Position numbers and translations under genes: made by a program. A stretch of DNA of 58,722 nucleotides from Nemertoderma westbladi. Taxonomy: Eukaryota > Animalia > Xenacoelomorpha. The stretch's first letter is position 1. The number at the start of each line of letters is the position of its first letter. The DNA lies in the NCBI GenBank assembly GCA_032718475.1, contig JAUCBJ010000831.1, positions 1-58,722 of the forward strand, given 5' to 3'. Below the pieces are notes generated by a model. That model did not search any database. It had not been told where the DNA came from and saw only the letters and a list, made by a program, of their open reading frames with translations. Below, piece after piece: positions 26,101 to 38,000 of this stretch.

Positions 26101-29100
26101 ACTATCTGAACTTAAAATTATTCTGCACAATACACTCATTGATGTTCTTACATTATCAGAGACATGGTTAGACCAGAGTATTAGTGATGGTGAAGTTTCT
26201 CTACCTGGGTATAACATTGAAAGGAAGGATCGTAATCGAAATGGTGGTGGTGTTGCACTCTACATTTCTACGAAATTGGACTACTCCCTTTGCGCAGAGA
26301 TGAATACAAAACTGGGCATTGAAGAAGGAATATTCTGCACAATACACCTTCCTCACACCAAACCAATTCTGATTGGGTCTGTCTACAATCCACGTGCTGC
26401 ACAAGCCAACACATTCTTTGCAGCTGTAGAGACTGCCATCGGCGATATTAGTGGCTTTAAGGAAGTATATGTTCTGGGAGACACAAACTCTGACACTACC
26501 CTGACTAACAAACAGCTTTCATCCAAACCTCCTAAATGTAACACTGTCCCTGCTATCATGACCCCTTTGCACTATCTATACTCATTTTGCTGTTCCACTG
26601 GATTAGAACAACTCATTAAAGAACCAACAAGAATTACAGTAAATACAGCGACTACACTGGATCACATATTTGTGTCTAGTAGGCAATTTTTATGTAGCCA
26701 TGGTGTGGTAAACTTGGGTCTCAGTGATCATGGCATGGTGTACGTGACAAGAAAACGACCTAAGGCAAAGAAATCCTGCCATACATTACGCACATGTCGC
26801 TCTTTTAAGTCCTACTCCAAAGAAATGGTCGCATCTAAAGTTAATGTTAATCCCCGAATCAAATCGTTATTACTTGAAACTAAAGTGGATCTTATATCTA
26901 CCGAATTAACAAAGGAACTCTACCAGATATTAGATGAAGCTGCCCCAAAACGCTCAGTTAGAATTCGTGCTGGATCTCAACCATGGATTAATTCTAATAT
27001 TCTTCATTCTATATCTGAGAAAAATAATGCCCTAAAACACTTTCATAAGAACCGTACCACTGCTAATGAACAGCATTACAAAGACCTTCTCAATCTCAAT
27101 ACAAATGTGATTAAGATGGCTAAAGCTGCATATGTTAAGGATAAACTATCAACATATAGAAATAATTCTAAAAAATTGTGGAAAGAGCTAAAGTTGCTTG
27201 GTGCACCAATGAAACGGACAGACTCCAATACAATCAAATCTCTAAGAATAGGCAACGATCTGGTTACTGACAGTCGTCAAATTGCTGAAAAATTCAATGA
27301 GTTCTTTACTACCATTGCCGATAATCTTGTGAACAAACTCCCCCCTGCTAAAGGGGAGTACAATACTACCGCAACTGCAAGGTACTACAGAGATAAAGGT
27401 TTCCATAATAATAACTTTTGCCTGGAGATGGTGGAAGTGGAGACTGTCCTAAAAGTGTTGAAGAACATAAAGACAGATAAAAGTGCAGGCATTGATGAAC
27501 TAACTCCATCATTTATCAGGGATATTGCCGATGAAATTGCTGAACCACTAACTCATCTAATCAACCGATCGATAGCAACCTCCACCTATCCGTCTAATTT
27601 TAAATTGGCTAAAGTCGCGCCTGCTTATAAGAAAGAAGTGAGGTTAGAACGGAGCAACTACAGGCCGGTATCTGTCCTTCCTATTCTATCGAAAGTCTTC
27701 GATCAGCCAATTTTTGATCAGATATTTCATTATTTAGTACTCTACAACATATTGGACCCTTTGCAATCCGGATTCAGAAAAGGATTCTCAGTTGAAACTT
27801 GTCTGATGTATCTAAATAATTATGTCAAAGAATCTGTAGATGGGGGGAAAATGACTGGCGTTGTATTTATAGATCTGCGCAAGGCATTTGACACTGTCGA
27901 TCACGATCTGCTCTTATTCAAACTCCGAGCAATTGGATTTTCTACAGCCACTGTTGGATGGTTTAAATCGTATCTAAGTGAACGCAGCCAAATGGTATAT
28001 GTCAATGGTACACTGTCTTCAATCAGAGCCTTGATAAAGAGAGGAGTCCCGCAGGGAGGATTGCTGTCTATCCTGCTATTCTTAATATATGTTAACGATC
28101 TTGATATGGCCATAGAGAGTCCCGCAAAAGAAGTTGAAGCAACTAGTAGTAGTAATACTAATCTACAGGTCTTACCATCTTGTATATCTCTGAAGCTGGC
28201 AGACGACTCGAATATATTGACTTCTGGTGATAATGTGGCTACAATATCTGATACGCTGTCAAAGACACTAAGCAACATATTCGACTGGGCGACCGACAAC
28301 AGACTGAGTTTGAACTTTGACAAGACTAAATCAATTTTATTTGGGACACATCAACGTCTAGTCGACAACTGTGAATTGAAAGTATTTTGTAATGGGATCC
28401 ACATAGAACAGCAAAAATCTATTAAATACTTGGGTTGTTATTTAGACGCTGACCTTTCTGGAGATACCATGGCATCGCATGTGATTACAAAGGGGAACAA
28501 GACACTGAAATTTATTTACAGACATGGGGCAGTTTTAGACGGCTATACACGTCGTCTTCTATGTAACGCTCTCATACAACCCCACTTGGATTTCGTTTCC
28601 TCCTGTTGGTATCCAAGTGCTTCTAAACGGCTACAGCTGCAACTACAAGCACTGCAAAGAAAATGTATTCGTTTTTGTCTAGGTCTCGGAAGTAGAACGC
28701 ACATTGGTCAAGAGCATTACAATGAAATCTCATGGCTTCCGATAGAATCTCGCATCGATCAGCTAACAGCCAATCATATGTATCGTATCACACAGTCGCT
28801 ATCTCCCTCGTATCTCTCATCATTGGTCCAGTTCAACTCTGTATCGGTTAATCTCAGACATGGATGTACTCGCGCTGTTGTTCCCTTGCGACGAACTATA
28901 ACAGGAAGTGAATGCTTCTCGTTTCTAGGGCCGATAATATGGAACTCGCTACCATTGGATGTAAGAAACTCTGTCTCCCTGGAAACGTTCAAACACAAAG
29001 TCAAGAATTATTTACTCGGCAAACTGGCAATGAAGGATAACTCGATTTGGAATTAATAAATTTGCAAGTTATGGCTTGGGGAGGGGGGGATTAACATAAC

Positions 29101-30258
29101 TCTTAATTATTTTTTGCGTTAAATTTCAGTTGTAATTATATATTTGCTCTATTTGCTGCTTTATTTCATTTATTTTTTAAATTACATACTACGGTCTACC
29201 ATATTTTAATCCGTAATGTTTTATTACGTCATAACTATTGTTTTTTTTTTTCTTATTTTCTTTTTACCTAAGTTTTACATATCTCGATTTTACGACCTAT
29301 TCGAGCTGCTTTATTTTTAAATTACGGTCTACCATACTTTATTCCTTGTGTGTGTATCTCTGTACTTCATAACTATTGCTATATTTACTGCCTATGTTTT
29401 ACATAACTCGATTTTATGACATATTTGCTGCTTTATTTTTAAATTCTTTCTGTTATATTTTTAAATTTTTAACTGAACTACGGTCTACCAGATTTTAATT
29501 ATTTGCTCTGTTATATTTCTATCTGCACCAGAACTTATATTTTTTATTTTTTTTTATTTTTTTAAATTATGTACTATGTCTTCCATATTTTATTTCTTTG
29601 TGTCAGTCGGAACATCATAAATATTGCTATATCTATAACTTAATTTTTTAGTGTTTTCCATATTTCGAATTGCTGTTATATTTTTTAATTACGTAGGTAC
29701 TGTACTATGGTCTACCATATTTTATTTAGTTGCATGTTAAACTGCACGTGATTCCTGTTTAATTCCGTTTAATTTAAAGGGACCTCCATGGAAACGAGGT
29801 ATAACCTCATGGGGCTATCCCTAACATTGTACTGTACTATAATTTAATATTATGTTGGTTGCATTATTTTTAAAACAGACAATCTCCATATATACCGGTT
29901 TTTAATATGCTGTTTGCTGTTTATGTTATGTTATTGTTATGTACGATGTTAATAAAAAACTTCAACTTCAACTTCAACTTCGACTCTAAAACGTACCCAC
30001 ATAGCTGCATAGGCCAGTAGGCTGATAGGCCTAACCTTAAGTTAAATCGTACCCGATATCAGGATATACAGATATATGGGTGGGTTGGGCAGTTGGGTAC
30101 CTACCTACGTGCATGGTGCATACGCATACGTTTGGTCGCAATGGTCGGGGTAAGTTTTGGTTTTAACCTGCCTGCCTGTACCGTACCTGCTGTAACCACT
30201 GCACACTGATACTGTGATAGGCCTAAACCTTTCAAATAAATGTTCAACTTACCCCCAT
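20171..30258 (-). CDS. Essential (alkali) myosin light chain, MYL6/Mlc-c-like, 156 aa; exons 30253-30258, 23118-23151, 22607-22750, 21723-21893, 20171-20286
   Basis: All junctions are GT-AG with matching phases (0,1,1,1). Protein [30 protein letters not shown]...[16 protein letters not shown]...[14 protein letters not shown]...[27 protein letters not shown]...YEDFIRQII. The first exon (ATGGGG|gtaagt) is less certain than the other four. Confidence 0.9.
20330..21325. repeat. 44-bp minisatellite, about 22 copies, in the last myosin light chain intron
   Basis: Unit gagttaaggaagtacgctgaataccgcacggttggcgggggatc. Confidence 0.97.
23785..24545. mobile_element. Degraded MITE-like element bounded by inverted copies of the 68-bp unit
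   Basis: Clean forward copy at 23790-23870; fragmented reverse copy at 24425-24540; internal aaaacgtacc / tacgttttgg motifs. Confidence 0.5.
24887..25906 (+). CDS. LINE ORF1 protein
   Basis: CxxC...CxxC pair, heptad-rich coiled-coil region, [12 protein letters not shown] and RLGK...RPLLISF motifs typical of CR1/L2 ORF1. Confidence 0.85.
   Translation: MNGGSQRRSSISGSSTNKKLTTQSKFVQTSVECTLCTTIWTEIQVPEEMTRKKTFGKKQFACGFCSALRMLNLEDENLQLQQELDAVKNTVNKGLDGEDKLIMGSDLSALRCDIEIRLENVEVTQADLQTKLTVMETLTTATAIEDSETLESEAASSWVEVVRRNSKKLDDLHKTLDVQQQQQTSSPNRPIPIDTDSIERAIRLNELRKCNVVIRGIPEGTGIDPNHGNHQRAHDSKFLQDSLEEQLPYRGIQRLGKPREDKSARPLLISFNSPEVASKVISRRYFTVGGTKFYFDKDSSKAEREADYIARQRRRSIREKRSTSTTSTTNMPPSVEQVD
25913..29056 (+). 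CDS. LINE ORF2, apurinic-type endonuclease plus reverse transcriptase
   Basis: HQNIQSL, LSETWL, GDTN, LDHIF, SDH (endonuclease); [39 protein letters not shown] (RT). The true start codon is uncertain. Confidence 0.96.
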   Translation: MYPLSTSSKVFLVESTQTVTPVVDICNSGAINLNADPVVTVNKIFAKSGLHISHQNIQSLIPKLSELKIILHNTLIDVLTLSETWLDQSISDGEVSLPGYNIERKDRNRNGGGVALYISTKLDYSLCAEMNTKLGIEEGIFCTIHLPHTKPILIGSVYNPRAAQANTFFAAVETAIGDISGFKEVYVLGDTNSDTTLTNKQLSSKPPKCNTVPAIMTPLHYLYSFCCSTGLEQLIKEPTRITVNTATTLDHIFVSSRQFLCSHGVVNLGLSDHGMVYVTRKRPKAKKSCHTLRTCRSFKSYSKEMVASKVNVNPRIKSLLLETKVDLISTELTKELYQILDEAAPKRSVRIRAGSQPWINSNILHSISEKNNALKHFHKNRTTANEQHYKDLLNLNTNVIKMAKAAYVKDKLSTYRNNSKKLWKELKLLGAPMKRTDSNTIKSLRIGNDLVTDSRQIAEKFNEFFTTIADNLVNKLPPAKGEYNTTATARYYRDKGFHNNNFCLEMVEVETVLKVLKNIKTDKSAGIDELTPSFIRDIADEIAEPLTHLINRSIATSTYPSNFKLAKVAPAYKKEVRLERSNYRPVSVLPILSKVFDQPIFDQIFHYLVLYNILDPLQSGFRKGFSVETCLMYLNNYVKESVDGGKMTGVVFIDLRKAFDTVDHDLLLFKLRAIGFSTATVGWFKSYLSERSQMVYVNGTLSSIRALIKRGVPQGGLLSILLFLIYVNDLDMAIESPAKEVEATSSSNTNLQVLPSCISLKLADDSNILTSGDNVATISDTLSKTLSNIFDWATDNRLSLNFDKTKSILFGTHQRLVDNCELKVFCNGIHIEQQKSIKYLGCYLDADLSGDTMASHVITKGNKTLKFIYRHGAVLDGYTRRLLCNALIQPHLDFVSSCWYPSASKRLQLQLQALQRKCIRFCLGLGSRTHIGQEHYNEISWLPIESRIDQLTANHMYRITQSLSPSYLSSLVQFNSVSVNLRHGCTRAVVPLRRTITGSECFSFLGPIIWNSLPLDVRNSVSLETFKHKVKNYLLGKLAMKDNSIWN

Positions 30259-30667
30259 AATGCTGTATTGTCAGATTGTGTCTGGCTGTAGGTGTATGTA
30301 CTGCTGTATTCTTTGACTGTTTGATTTGATATAGGCCTGTAGGCAGTTGTACAGTTCAGCAGTTGTATGAAAATGAAATACCAGTACAGCAGTAGGCAGA
30401 GTCTGATCGGCTTAGATCCTGTATACAGGCAGACAGGTATACCAGTATAGTTTAATTCAGTGCCGCAGTGCGGTAGCACAGACGGTTATGGTGCGTAGGT
30501 CCTGGCAGCCGGGTGTTTGAAAAAGGTGGACTGGACACAGAAAACATGGACAACGGACAGACGAATAAGAAACGTATCAGCGTATTAAGCAAAGCAGTTT
30601 GTAGCGATTGGTCTGTTCACCTTTTTCAAGTTTTCGCTTTCTTAATTACATTTGGAAATCAAATGTG

Positions 30668-33600
30668 TTGTACGCGCTTTTGAAGACCTTTAGCAGTTTA
30701 ACCTGCCAAAATTTATATGTCTTTTGGTTTATAAATAGACTTTAGAAGTTGACAAATATTTAATACCAATAAACACAACATTAGCAGAAGCCAGCCTAGT
30801 GCGCGTCCATTCACCCGCTGGATATACCCGGGAGACTGGATTCTGAGGGCTTAGATTATTATTGCAGTGTAAGCTTACTGTATTATTCGATTGATCGTTA
30901 ATAAATAATTTCTGACTAATATTATTCACTTTCGGGAAATATTAACAGTTCCTTTAGGACGTGGCGCTCTATCTAGGTAAACAGAGATATGACTTATACT
31001 AATCACAACGGTAAGTCGGTAAGGCTTATGATTCACGTATGAGGCGCATTCTTTAGGAAATGCTTAGTTATCAGCCACAATCATGCACGCTACCGGTAAC
31101 ACACAATACTGCTCACTAATTTGCCGACCGTCAATGAATTTTATCATATATAAAGAGAACAGCAACTGACTCATGTAGTGCTTATCAAATAGCATTAAAT
31201 TCACTACAAACCACAATAATATAAGTCGCAATCGCTATATATAACCCGTCTCTCTAACCTGTAGTGTATCAAGAAAATTGGGAAATTTGGGTTCTTTATA
31301 GATGTTCTCCAAGTAATATTCAACCAACTGATATAAAATATGACAACAGTAAAAAGCATTAAGACGGTATGTTAAGTTATGATATGAACTGATAACAGTT
31401 ATACGCTCTATAATCTTAAGCCTACTAATGTTTCTTCTAAAGTCTGAAACGAATTGACTCTAGAGCCGGTGTTCCTGGCCTAGATAGAAACAACACAACA
31501 GTAACAAAAACACTCTCTGACTCTAACACCGTTGCAGGTATCTTTTTACACAGAGAGGAATAGCTCTCATTGGCAGAACACCAGATTCCACAGGTTCCAC
31601 GAATATCTAAATGCCGAACTATCAGGATTTTTGCAGCCCTTGGCCAACACACAAAATGAGTCACTCCGCTCGGTTGTCCTGGTTGCATACTCTGCTGCTA
31701 TAGCTCTGGTTGGCCGATAGAACATAGTAAAGAGCCCCTCGTATAACAAATCAGCCAATCAGCCGGTCGCTTTGCATCATTCGAGTTAGAGAGCTTTTTA
31801 GAGTATTCCAGCGCCTGGGGGGAAACTGGATTGCAAAGCAAAAGGGCCAGTTATATCCCACAGAAGCTTTTACACCGCTCCCAGAAAATGGGATTTGAGT
31901 CTATAAAATATACAAAATCACAGTTTCTAATATACGTAAATACTCTAAACAGTTAGTCTTTCTTACGCGGACGGCGTTTACGCAGCTTTTTAAAGCTAGC
32001 CAGAGTCTTTTTCTCTTTGGGGCGAGCCACTTTACAAGGAGGGCTATAACTCCTGGATGAAGGGTGCAATATGATTGCATCAGAGGGTGTAGGATTATGG
32101 TCGGTGTATCCGCCAGTCGAAGTACCGGGTTGATTGACATCAACGTCGGGGGAGAGGGGTCTAACGGCTTTGAGAGCTCGTTTTAAGACAGCCGCTCTTA
32201 CGGGTCCTTTACGAGTGGTCTGAACGAGAGCCGTGGGTGGACCACAGGCAGTCAGAAACCTCCGGGGTTTAATGGTTCTTTCCAACTCGCGTTCGCGGGC
32301 TCGGTATTCGTAAGGCCGTCGATATACTTCCTGTAACTCGGGGTGTGAGTTAACAAACAAGTCTCCATAGTCCGGATCCTGACGGATATAATTGATTAAG
32401 TTATAGGAATGAAGGTCGCTAGGATTAACACTCCTGAGAAATTTGTGTACGAATTTGGTTGAAATACATTCTCCGACGCGCTTCAGTAGCTCGTAACTCG
32501 ATATGCGTGATTTCTGTTCGACCGAAGCGAATAGATAAGAATGGAACGCATAAACTCCTTCGTAAGCGCGTCCAGGATAATAGCGATGGCGCGAATCACA
32601 ATGTAAATCAGCGTTCGCTTCCCAAGCTCTGATGTAACGTAGTGTGATCATTTCATCTACGCTTTCCAAATCGCGATTAAAAGGGCAATCGAAACTGGCG
32701 TGTCCCTTTAGTTGACAATGGTGACATTGAGTCATAAATTGAGGGCAAACCGCAAAAATGTGCAAGTTATTGAGTCGGCAATATGCGCAATAAATTTCCA
32801 TAGTCGGTTGTTCTTGGAAATAGGAACAGCGGACGTTTGTGTCCATGGGCGTATCATGGTCTCTCGATGCGCATAACCGACAACGTTGCCGAGAAACATA
32901 GTTGGCATGGCGATAATTGTACGCAGTGAGACACTGTGGACCTTGATACCATTCTAGGATGTAATCGTTGTCGCTGTTCCGGGCGCGATAGGCTGAATCT
33001 CCTCAGATTCTAGGCATATTGGTTCGTCTTCCCAGTCTGTTACGAATATAATTTTCGTGATCTATTCTCGGTTTATCGTTACGACTCCGCTGGGTATGAT
33101 ATTTAAATAGAACCATTTCCCTTTCGGTGTCTACATCGTCCGTATCATGTAAATCGATAGGATGGCCGGTAGTTAGGAAGTCCATATACGTACTATTACG
33201 ATGCGTATAGCGAGCGGTGAATTTTCGATAGTCCAATTCACGCGTAAGTTGCTCTTGGGACATCGGCGGTTCGATATAACGACCATCGTCCTCCGTAATG
33301 GTTGGATCGGTTTCACCGCGTATCAAGCTATCCACAAATGCTTGTAAAGGTAGAGTATATCGCTCCCTGATACCAAGATCATCTTCTATCAACTCCGTCA
33401 TATCTGCTATCTGAGTTTATTAATATCGAAATGAGTTTATGTTTAGGCGAGCGGACGTCGCTGCCTACCTCTCTTTGCCCCCGGACAGTGGGATTCTCAG
33501 CACCGATGTACCGTCGTCGCGGTGTTTACGCCAACATGTAGCAACAGCACGACAACGATAACCGGCACAAGTCACTCCACTGTCCGTCCCAAAGGCTTGA

Positions 33601-33698
33601 ATCCACTTTAGGTTCTTTCTATAGGAGAGTTGGGTTACTTTCACAATTGCGACTAGCTACTGTAAACATACTTTAGCAGTAACATTCACCTATAAACG
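30668..33698 (-). repeat. 3.03-kb direct repeat, copy 1 (3' side of the element)
   Basis: Seven ORF-track entries recur with identical translation at +9752; the only mismatch I noticed is 30676/40428. Confidence 0.97.
31953..33401 (-). CDS. Unknown zinc-finger protein; 483-codon frame with one internal TGA (33003-33005)
   Basis: The 132-aa and 297-aa ORFs share a frame, and the 52 codons between them are open. Motifs CRLCASRDH...C, CAYCRLNNLHIFAVC and CHHCQLKGHASFDC; basic tail KKLRKRRPRKKD. Confidence 0.7.
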
Positions 33699-35027
33699 CA
33701 CAAATTCCACACAACTGTCACCAATTGTTCACATACAGGCCATTTGTCCGTTAGTCAGTGCCTTCCAGAATGCCACGTTATTACTGTGTATCCTTGGATA
33801 CTAACAGTGTGCTATGTATTCTCTATGCTATGCAATGGGACAAGCTTTCTATTGTTCTTTTAACTTGCTTCTAATTCTAGCGTGGGTGTTGCTATGGTGA
33901 CATTATGGAAAGCTAGCGGTAGAATTAGGGTAATTCCAATGCATACAGATCTGGAATGCTATTTAATAGTAATTCTTTAATTGTCAATATCCTCTTTATG
34001 TATGATTTTATTAATTTTATCGGCTATTGACTATATGTTGGAGATTCTCGCACTCTAATACACTCAATAGGATGAATCTCCGCTCCCATGATCTATTAAT
34101 TAATGGAATTTTGGGAATGTTATAAATTGCACAAATGACAATTTATGAAATTCATTTAAGATATGAATTTAAATTTATTCCCGTGAATTTTATTATTTGA
34201 TGGTAAAATTGACACAATTTTATTCCAGAGCATGTCTGGGGACCTAGGATCCTTAATTCTCTAAAATTGTCTTTTAAGAGTATCGGTAAGTGCTACGATA
34301 TCTTAATTGACTAGAAATTTTAAAGGATCTGAATTTTACAGATTTTAATAAATATTAAATTAATATTTAAGATGGGCACCGATTTATTCCAGAACTTGTC
34401 TGGGGACGTTAACCACTGATTCTAGAATTTGTCTTTCAAGTATATCGGTGGGTGCGGCGATATCTTAATCGACTAGAATTACAGATGGTCAAAAGGTTTA
34501 ACAGATTTATTTGCGTTTTACGCTACTGTTATAGGGACATCACGCTACTATATGTATTATTATATATGGTATGAGAGCAATATCGCACGAAGCAATGTCA
34601 GTGTGAAGAGGCAAGTCGTTTCCAAGGTCTACCCAGAGCTTGGTTTAGCCGAGACACGAGGATCTGAACTTTGCATTCCTAATACTCTGCCTACCAATAA
34701 TACTTGAATATAGTAGTGGCTTTATTGTACTTTAATAAGTACGGACATTTCATCTTACTGTAGTCACGTATTTATAATAGGATATGGACAGTAAGGAAAG
34801 AGAAAAATAATTATTTCTCGCCGTCGCACTAAATATATATTATAATTAATTACGTACGTAATAAACACTAATATATTGCACTAATCTACTAAATAATCAC
34901 TAAAATAACATTCTACTAAATAAAATTAAAGAAAACGATTATAATAAAATTACATAATAATACATACATAAATATAAAATAAAAACAAATATAAAATAAT
35001 ATGGTCACACGCCCACTCCATATGTTA

Positions 35028-38000
35028 TTACGTTATGGAGTCCCTAGATATTTGTCGGATTAGGGAAGTGGTCGTAGGAAGAGTATCTTGCCTTCCATAG
35101 TTTCCGGACAGTTTTCGGTCTCTTTCCAGTAAACATAAACGACTAGCTGGGCGATTGAGTTGTTGTGTTACTTTCTCCGCTCCCTTGGCCTGTCTAATTT
35201 CTGCCGTGGTAAGATGAGGAGGCCATTCTTCTTCTTCTTTACTTAAGGAGTCGGATCCACCTAACCAGCCTGGAGTATCTATCAGTTCTTGAGGAGTTGC
35301 TCCTCTGGAAGCGATGTCGGCTGGATTAATCGTCCCAAGGCAATGTCTCCATTGATCTACATTGGAGTTAATATCGTCATTATCTGAGGAGTATGGTGTT
35401 CCCTCAGTTGGATCGTCCACATCACTGCTCTCCACTTCCCATTCCTTTACTTGGTATACCTGTTGTTGAGGTAATCTCTCTTTGAGAGTTCTACGGGAAG
35501 GGCCAGTGAAGTACCAACCTACTCTAGTTCTTACCGCATAGGTTTGTAGTGGCTGTGGTTGAGCAGGCCGTTTCTCCAATGTCTCTAGCGCCTCATGCGC
35601 GTTTTGGCCGATGAGTATTTGCACTCCAGGATAATCTGTCTGGAATCGAGGTATCTTAAGCTGCTGGATGCTCTCGTCCTCGTCCCAGTTATAAGGTTCT
35701 ACTTGGGTTGTAGCTAAGTTCTTTATAGCCACCATTTTTACTGACCTTATACTTTGTTCTCCTAATTTATCCTGGGGGGTGGACAACGCACCTACATAGT
35801 AATCTGCCGTTATGGTAGATTTCCAACGCTGCATAATTCCTGACATATTCAATTTAGTTTGGAATTTGGGTTGTCCAGCAAAGATGTCTTCGGCTAGTTC
35901 TTAATCGATGAATGTTCCTGTGCTGCCGGAGTCAAGGAGGGCGTTCACTATGTAACCTTTGTTAGGACCTTGAACTCTTACCTGCACTACAGGAAATTCT
36001 CTGATTCCTACGTTAGAAGTTGGAGGTTTCCAAGATGGTTGTCTGTCAAAGGTAGTTGGGGGGAACTCATTGTCGGTGTCCTTTTCATACGTAAGTGCTC
36101 GATACACTGCGGTATTTATTAGGTAACAGGATTCGTTTGCGTTGGAGAATTCGTCCGTATAGAATCCTTCCATCTCAGATTCTTGATCAGTGTCATTTAC
36201 ATCACTGAATTGGACATGTAGTTCGGGCTCACTTACCTGACTCGGGTTGTTTCGTTCGAATTCACTGCGTAACAAGATGTGATGTTTCGCACCGCACTTT
36301 GCACACTTTACTTCGGAGTAACAGGTTCGCCGTTGGTGTCCTGGTCTGAGGCAATTATAGCATAACCGCTTATCCCACATGACTTCACGTCTGTCTACCA
36401 GGGATTTCTTTAGGAATTCAGCACACACACTCAAACGGTGGGGCCCGTCGCACAGCGCACATTTTGGTTTGATGTTACTCACTTTACCTTGGGCAACGTT
36501 ATGCACTCTCGTTCTTTCTTCGGGCTTTCTTCCGTGAATTCTCTTAGGAGACGTAGGAGGGGTTGTTGTTACCTGTTCTCTCCTGTCCCTGGTTCGAGAC
36601 TTATATTTACTTACGTCTTTATAGGTCTTGTTATCATAGTAAGATTTTGCTGTGTCTTTCCCGCTGTCCTCTTCCTGAGAGACTTGGCTTTTGTCGTCGT
36701 CAGTATAACACACTGGTGTTACCCTTCTCCTAGAAATGGGTTTCTCACTTACCTTATTTTCCGATGTTTTCTCTCTGGACTGCTTTATGAGTTGTAATTT
36801 TACTTCACTATCTAAGAAGGACATGAGATCAGCCATGGTAGGGTCTCGTTGTTGTTGTTCCATCATATATAACACTTTCTTGTCCCAGCGTGTACCTACT
36901 CCACCCTTTGGTAAAGTAGATGCTAAGGCTCCTACAACCATAGAGTTCTGGTATTCATGAGACTTACCTAACCAATCTAGCTGTCTACAGATCTCCTGAA
37001 TCTCATCGGAAAATTCTATAATCCCGCTGCTAAGAAACTTTTGGGGCGCCATTAATTTCGCATATAAATACCTAGCTATGTTAGTCCTATTACCATACCT
37101 GATGTTTAATGTATCCCAAACTTGTCTTAATCCATCTGGATGTCCAATAAACTTTAACGCCATTAACTTGGGAGATCTTCCAAGCATTCGATGAGGTATC
37201 TGAGTTTCTCTCCGTTAGATAGCACAGAATTCTGTATGTTATCTTTGTAATATTCATTAAAAGGTAACCATTTCATCTCATCTCCATTGAACTTGACGAT
37301 CTCTCCAAGCTTTACCGCTTGACGGGCTTCGGTTCTAGCCATTTGACGCGTAAAACTTTCTTGAGCCATCGTATTATTGAATATAGAATTATCGGTATAT
37401 AAATTTCTCGGATTATGATTAGGTCTATATGGAATATTATTATCAACAGGTTTATAATTACCCTGAATAGGGTTTACTATGGGAGTTTCTATTTCACTAG
37501 CAGTATAGATGCGTTTAGGCTCCACACCTTGTGCATGAGATACTTCAGACCTAACGGGTTGATACATTGTTACAGGGGGTGGTGGTATACCCTTTTGTAA
37601 ATTGACTAATTTATCGCGTTCTAACGCGATACTTTGCTGCACCTTTTGCAACTCTAACCTACTTTCCCTGACTGTTCCCTTGAGCTGCTGAACAGTCTCT
37701 TCCATTTCCCGGACCTGCTGAGAGGAGCACAAACAGTGTTCCCTCAGCTGCTCGAGCAGGAGACCCATCTCCCGTCGTCCCTCAGCTACCCACTCAACCG
37801 CCGAAGCGGGAGTCGCCAACGTAGTAGCGGGCGAGCGAGAGACGACGGGCGATAAATTCTTGATATCTCGCTCGGCGTCCAGGACGGGTTCGGACTCGGG
37901 AACAGTCCTACTGGGCACAGGTAGTTTAGTACTGTACAAAGGGAATTTATAGGCAGGTTCTGGGAGTACAGGTGTCTCTATCTTTCTTTCCGCTTCTACT

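Larger units (their letters stand above)
24600..29980 (+). mobile_element. Apparently full-length L2/CR1-group LINE (Crack/Daphne-like), antisense in myosin light chain intron 1
   Basis: ORF1 plus APE-RT ORF2, about 900-bp 3' UTR, stem-loop at 29779-29822, aataaa and (aacttc)n tail. The 5' boundary is approximate. Confidence 0.9.

Noticed and set aside
24952-29004. Antisense ORFs within the LINE
   Set aside because: Shadows of ORF1/ORF2 with no recognisable motifs.
31953-33401. env gene or tyrosine-recombinase (DIRS/Ngaro) identity for the accessory ORF
   Set aside because: No signal peptide or transmembrane segment, no recognisable recombinase motifs, and the gag/pol remnants are BEL/Pao-type.
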